Made by a program: the position numbers and the translations under genes | DNA from: Ascidiella aspersa | Taxonomy: Eukaryota | NCBI GenBank assembly: GCA_963924565.1 | Contig: OZ004608.1 | Span: 18,104,001-18,168,000 of the forward strand | DNA length: 64,000 bases | Direction of reading: 5' to 3' | Part shown: positions 58,417 through 64,000 of the stretch, piece after piece | Position numbering within the stretch: position 1 is the stretch's first letter | Layout of the letters: every line of letters begins with the position of its first letter | Notes under the pieces: model-generated | What the model saw: only the letters and a program-made list of their open reading frames with translations | Told to the model about the DNA's origin: nothing | Databases searched by the model: none

Positions 58417-61400
58417 CATGGATCTTTCAAATTTGCGAGAACAAACAGATAATGCTCAGATAAAACCTGTGTTTGATAATCAAGAAACTTCTACTTACGT
58501 CGAACTTCAGATTCTTCGCGAAGGCAATCTTGACGAAATTCGGGAAACGCTGAAAAGAATACAACTGCAAAACAGTGTCTTAGTTAACCAAATCTCCGCT
58601 GAAGATTGTCTTTCCCCACTTCACGTCGCAGTAAGGTATGCTGATTCTCCTATTTTTTAAATTTAAACATTAATTATAGAAAGGTATTTTATTCTGTGTT
58701 AAAGAGAAATGATGTAATACGTTAATTAGGTTAGTTATTTTCTCAAAAGCTAAATGGTACTTAATGTTTAGCAAACTTAGATACACTTATTTGATTGTTT
58801 TTAGTGTTCAAATGTAAAATTATTTTGCGAAAAAAAAGTTGTGGGTACTTTTCATTTACCTGTACGGCAATTAAGTGTTGTTGGCTTTTAGTGTTTCAAC
58901 AAAATACCTCAGCTATTATGCGAAGTGTATTTACTGTACTTGAAATCGTGCTGTTAATGGTATTTATTTAACTTCAGCTATAATTTCATACTATTCGAGA
59001 TTCTCGATTAACGAGTTATCTAAGTGGGGCCATGCCTTTAGGATGTGCACATATGTATTAGTCGCCAATTGAATTAACTTCTAGGTTTTTTAATTAACTT
59101 CTCCACTCATATCGTATCACGTTTAATAGAAGTGTTTAAAAATAATAAGCTTTATAAGCGTGATTCGATCGCATATTTCCACGAAACCATACATTATTTG
59201 CCTGTTTTACTTCCATAAATACAAACATTATTCGTGATTCGCGCAAATCTTACTTAAGTTTTTGTTTTAACTCGTTGTAAGTGGAATCTTTTTAGTACAA
59301 CTTCGTTTTCTCCATTAAAACGCAAGTATTGGCGGATTCGCGCGAATGGTTTACCTCGTTTGCTTGAATATATTCCGACCAAGATTCAGTTGCTCATTTG
59401 TGCACGAGTACGAAGAAAACGTTTCTAAGGGTTTCCTGCAGGGCTGCTGAGTCGAACACGTAGAACTACCCGAGTCCGACGTGCACATGCACAGACGCAA
59501 ATTTTAAAACTGATATTGCCGCCAACTGAAATTGTAAAGGTAGAACAGCATATGGTGGATATTTTTTAATGTATTGTGAGTGAATGAATTATACGAACCC
59601 CTATCAGGGGATTGCTGAAAATCCGCCATAATTTAGTTACGTAAATAGGTGAAATACAGGTTGTAGGTTCGCAGTCGGACTCGTGACTCAACAAAATCTC
59701 ACACTTGACCGGAGTCGGAATCGGGACTCGGGAGTAGGACTCAGGTTTATTTTATTAGTCGAAGTCGGACTCGGAAGTTTGGATTCGGGTTATTTTAAAC
59801 CGACACCGCAACCCTGGTTGCCTGTATCGTGATTTGAATACGCCATGAAGTTAACTGTTGGTGACCACCGATGTTGCGTTTCGTGTTTAGTAATGTCGTT
59901 TACTGTTCCAGGCGTGGCAACGCGGCGATAACCCAACTTCTGTTACAACATGGCGCCCTTACAAACGTCCACGATGAAGATGAGAAGCAGCCAGTCCATT
60001 ACGCCGCCAAACATTATAAGCCGATTCTGTCCAAGGTACGGTCTAGCTGTGTTTTTAAATATTAGTAGTCCACGAAAAAACACAGTTGTTTTGCTGATAC
60101 AGTATTGCGTTAAATGTGGTAAGTTTGACCAAGGCTTAGAACTTTAAATTTTGAACAAACGATTGGCTTCCTAGAAAATCCTTTGCTTGTCGGGTGATTT
60201 CCTTAAGCACTTCTAAATGCATCCAGCGTACTACTTCTAGAAAAGTATTTACGTTTATCTTTGGCGATTCAGACTTGAAGCCTTCTTATGTTATAAAACA
60301 AAGCCCCCTTACCCAATGTGTAAAACGGGAATACCTAACTATATTCAACTGTTGGTACTTAAATTGTTATAGCATACGATGTATAATATATTAATTTTAC
60401 CTAATTTATGTAAACAAACAAGTATATCTGTTCTCTACAGTCCGTTGCAGTTACTACTACACCGGAATCGCTGAGACATGGCATGGAAGAGGCGTGTTGT
60501 CTCCATATTTTGCTTGAGAATGGAGCCGATGTTAACGCTAGAGATAGATTTCAATCTACTCCTCTGCACTACGCAAGCGACAGAGGCCATTTGGGTGCTG
60601 TGGAGATCTTAATCAAGACTGGAAGAGCCAATTTACAGGTGATATTTTAAGGCATGGTCATCACGGATAAACTGCCCTCATCAGCAGTTCAGAACTACCT
60701 CGACAAACGAATTACATTTATAGGCCGAGTCCAACAACATTTATACGCCGAGTAATCGGGGTATCTTCAATGTAAACAGTTTATTTGAAATACAAGGTAA
60801 AAAGAAACGCAAAACAACAACAAAGCGCTAACATATTTTTGAAAAAGGATTCGATAATTACAAACCAACACAAAAAGAAGACACAGCAAATTTTATGTAA
60901 TACACTTATCCAAATCAGACATACCCAACTATATACCTAACTATTAAGCAAAACAAATTCGATCTGAATCTAATGCGATAAACCAGGCATGCGTGGCAAA
61001 TTCTCGCGTCTACTCTTTATATTGTCCCTACGACGACATATAACAGTTAAATGTTGTTGGATGTAATTCAAAATTCTTTATAATATAATTTTAAACTGAA
61101 CGACAATTTAAAAAAGCTTAATACATTTTTGTTAATTTTGTAAACGATTTTTGTGCACTTTGTTAATGATTTTGTCTTAAAATAATGTTGACAAATTTTG
61201 TCCTAGCGTGTATATTTTAACAAAATGTTGACTTATTTCCAATCGAAATATACTCGTAATAGTTCAACAGTCTACATGTTGCTATTGAGAGAGCTCTTTG
61301 TAAACTTTATGGTTCCTAAAAATAAAAGAAAAATACCGTTCTAAGCGTAAAGTATTCTAATGTCACGAAGTATGTAGGAAATCTATTCCACGTTATATAT

Positions 61401-62825
61401 TAACGTTCACGAATGACAAGTATATATCAAACATTGTGAGAAAAACTGAACTTAATATAGGCGCCACCTTTGTTCCTCGTTTGAACTTTTAAGCCGTCAT
61501 AGTGCACAAATTGATTCACCTATCAAACCAGAAATACTTTGAGTTTGCAAAGGAGCGTGACATTTTTATTGTGTTTAAGGCCCGTGACGACCACATGTCG
61601 ACGCCCATACACGAGGCAGCGAAGCACGGCCACGCTGACATATTGCGCCTTGTTTTGTCCAACGCCAACAACTACTCCAAACTTCTGGATTGCAAAGACG
61701 ACAACGGGTGTACACCGCTAATCCTTGCTTGCAGGGATGGATTTAACGAGGTCTGTCCATAATTCAATCACATGTATTATAACTGATTTTTTCTTTATTT
61801 ATGAGATGATTTTAGGCCACCGCACGATAAAATGCTGGACGTTAATTCGAGAGGTTTCATTAGGCATCCATCACAGCAAAATATTTGTTGTATCTTTAAA
61901 ATTCAGGGTAACACGTTCCACATTTTTAAGGCCGCCGCCGTACTCCTGGAATTTGCCAGAAAAGTAAACTGTAGCGAGGTCGTATCTCGTTTGTTGGATA
62001 AGAACAACGACCTTGATACACCCATACACGTAGCTACTGAAAGTGGGTCGGTAGCTACCGTTCGCTTGTTGCTCGAAACATGGGACAAAGAAGTTGTACT
62101 GCTCACCAACCGCTACGATGAATTAGCAAGTAAGTTGCTTTAAATACAGAAACCTTAAAATAATAATATATTACAGCTAATCTTCGTACCAGCGAATTTT
62201 TGTGATGAATACTCTATGTTCAGAAGACCTTCCGAAATACATAGACATCAGACAAAAGCACGGAAACACCCCTCTTCACTTGGTTGCTCACCACGGAAGC
62301 TTGGAGACCCTCACGACGCTTTGTAACGGCAAACCTAACATCGAAGCACAAAACAATAACCAGGAAACGGCGCTGTGGATTGCAGCTCAAAGGAACAACT
62401 TAAATATTGCGGAAGCCCTGTTAAACATGCGAGTAACATTTTTACTTTAAACTGTAACTAAATGGGCACTGCCTGTAGTTGTTTTGAACGGGATAAGAAT
62501 GTATTTTGTAGTGAAACCGTTTACAGTGAGAAAGATTGAATTCAAATATTTGCAACTTTTTACGTAATGATATACAATTAAAGCGGCGATAGGTAGCATT
62601 TTTAATCGCTTTAGTCATTATTGATTTAAATTTACACACAGAGGTGCCAATATGGAAATGCGTAACGTGAGCGGAATGACGTCATTGATGGTGGCCTGTA
62701 GAGATGGCCATCCAGAAATTGTTAAACTTCTAATTGCCCGTGGTGCCAATACCAGTTGCATTGATGCAAAGGAAAGAAATTGCTGTATATTGGCGGCCGC
62801 CGAAGGAAGAACTGACATATTAAAA
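58417..62825 (+). CDS. Multi-ankyrin-repeat protein, probably a TRPA1-like channel N-terminus (incomplete; continues beyond the window, next acceptor near 63965)
   Basis: Exons 58417-58635, 59912-60035, 60441-60638, 61580-61750, 61931-62129, 62224-62428, 62642-62825 with consistent phases. Serial ankyrin motifs SPLHVAV, QPVHYAA, TPLHYAS, TPIHEAA, TPLILAC, TPIHVAT, TPLHLVA, TALWIAA, TSLMVAC. The ankyrin call is firm; the TRPA assignment is inferred because no TM domain is in the window. Confidence 0.8.
59439..59816. mobile_element. hAT-type MITE, 378 bp
   Basis: TIR CAGGGCTGCTGAGTCG / CGACACCGCAACCCTG; TSD gtttcctg/gttgcctg; subterminal GAGTCG/GACTCG repeats. Confidence 0.82.
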
Positions 62826-63061
62826 GTAATTAAATGTGCTTTTAATTGTCTATATTTCTAGAAAATATGATGTTTGTACCGAGACCTAAATCTAAATATT
62901 TTTGTAATGTTTTTTTTTGCAAGATTACCACTTTTCATGCATCACAACAGTGGGTATAGCAAACTCAACCTAAAACTATTTAATAGTACACCGAAAAGCC
63001 ATCGCAGACTCGCCGAAGCTTTCGATCTATGATGCAAGCAGAGCAAGCCAGAAAAACAACT

Positions 63062-63136
63062 CGCCTGCAGTGAGGTTCGAACTCACGACCTCCGGTCAAG
63101 CCGGGACCGTCGCTCTACCAACTGAGCTATGCAGGC
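63062..63136 (-). ncRNA. Second full tRNA-like copy (inverted unit)
   Basis: 74-nt body identical to 63651-63724; discriminator G instead of C; followed by the same T5 terminator. Confidence 0.8.
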
Positions 63137-63338
63137 TCAGAGAGGGGCGAGTCGAGAAACAACCATGCGCCAATACTTGCACATTTTGTTAGTACAAGCA
63201 ACTTCACACTGGGGAATCAACAGTCCGTATCAATCAATGAAAGACACACACAAACATATGTGTTTAATAACATCTGTGATCTAGCCCCTCGGAAGTTGCT
63301 TTATGACCAACGATTACGGCTTCCGGCTTTTGACGGCT

Positions 63339-63377
63339 TTTGACCGGAGGTCGTGAGTTCGAACCTCACTGCAGGCC
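63339..63377 (+). pseudogene. 3' half of a third tRNA-like copy, truncated at the inversion junction
   Basis: TTGACCGGAGGTCGTGAGTTCGAACCTCACTGCAGGCC, preceded by a scrambled GGCTTTTGAC duplication. Confidence 0.8.
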
Positions 63378-63650
63378 AGTTGTTTTTCTGGCTTGCTCTG
63401 CTTGCATCATAGATCGACAGATTCGGCGAGTCTGCGATGGCTTTTCGGTGTACTATTGATACGGAAGCCGTAATCGTTGGTCATAAAGCAACTTCCGAGG
63501 GGCTAGATCACAGATGTTATTAAACACATATGTTTGTGTGTGTCTTTCATTGATTGATACGGACTGTTGATCCCCCAGTGTGATGTTGCTTGTACTAACA
63601 AAATGTGCAAATATTGGCGCATGGTTGTTTCTCGACTCGCTCCTCTCTGA

Positions 63651-63725
63651 GCCTGCATAGCTCAGTTGGTAGAGCGACGGTCCCGGCTTGACCGGAGGTC
63701 GTGAGTTCGAACCTCACTGCAGGCC
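63651..63725 (+). ncRNA. tRNA-like Pol III gene with non-canonical anticodon arm (undetermined isotype)
   Basis: Acceptor GCCTGCA/TGCAGGC, D stem GCTC/GAGC with A box TAGCTCAGTTGG, anticodon stem CGGTC/GACCG with loop CCGGCTT, T arm GTGAG-TTCGAAC-CTCAC, T5 terminator at 63731-63735. Confidence 0.8.
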
Positions 63726-64000
63726 AGTTGTTTTTCTGGCTTGCTCTGCTTGCATCATAGATCGACAGATTCGACGAGTCTGCGATGGCTTTTCGGTGTA
63801 CTATTGATACGGAAGCCGTAATCGTTGGTCATAAAGCAACTTCCGAGGGGCTAGATCACAGATGTTATTAAACACATATGTTTGTCTGTGTCTTTCATTA
63901 AAACTATTTAAGTTTCCTAAGTTTCTGCAAACGTTAGTACTATTTTTACTCTCCATTTTTACCAGAACAGCCTGAGAGGAGGAACAAGGTTAAGTCAATA

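Larger units (their letters stand above)
62984..63898. mobile_element. Intronic insertion of a tRNA-like 348-bp tandem repeat with 5' inversion and target-site duplication
   Basis: TAAAACTATTTAA at 62971-62983 and 63899-63911. One inverted unit (~62982-63325) followed by ~1.6 direct units (period 348 bp, e.g. 63341 vs 63689). Confidence 0.9.

Noticed and set aside
63651-63725. Ordinary tRNA-Ala(GGC) or tRNA-Pro(CGG) gene
   Set aside because: Either register lacks U33 and purine-37, the arm is 2 nt too long, and there is no G3:U70 alanine identity pair.
62984-63898. Retrozyme / hammerhead, HDV or twister ribozyme in the 348-bp unit
   Set aside because: No CTGANGA...GAAA core on either strand. 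Hairpins exist (ATCG..CAGATTC/GAGTCTG..CGAT; CGGAAG/CTTCCG) but I could not fit a known ribozyme topology by eye.

Overview
AT-rich, intron-dense animal genomic DNA. The gene structures and PLK/NIPBL sequences suggest an invertebrate chordate such as an ascidian (inference only). Most entries in the six-frame ORF track are exon fragments or noise. Three spliced genes were reconstructed by hand. (1) A complete Nipped-B-like/Scc2 cohesin loader gene (minus strand, 679-28679, 45 phase-consistent coding exons, ~2712 aa). (2) A complete PLK2/PLK3-type polo-like kinase (minus, 32993-38152, 8 exons, ~831 aa). (3) The 5' part of a multi-ankyrin-repeat, TRPA1-like gene (plus, from ~58417 or 51872, running off the window). 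Introns and intergenic DNA carry many short hAT-type MITEs with 8-bp TSDs, a probable solo LTR and small tandem duplications. Two things stand out. (a) A 915-bp intronic insertion (62984-63898) flanked by a 12-13-bp target duplication and built from 348-bp units (one inverted, ~1.6 direct). Each unit carries a perfectly paired Pol III tRNA-like gene with a non-canonical, enlarged anticodon arm. (b) A symmetric in-frame NIPBL exon (22749-22946) encoding a permuted/hybrid-Tudor-like module with F/W/Y cage residues, a domain not part of the vertebrate NIPBL architecture.
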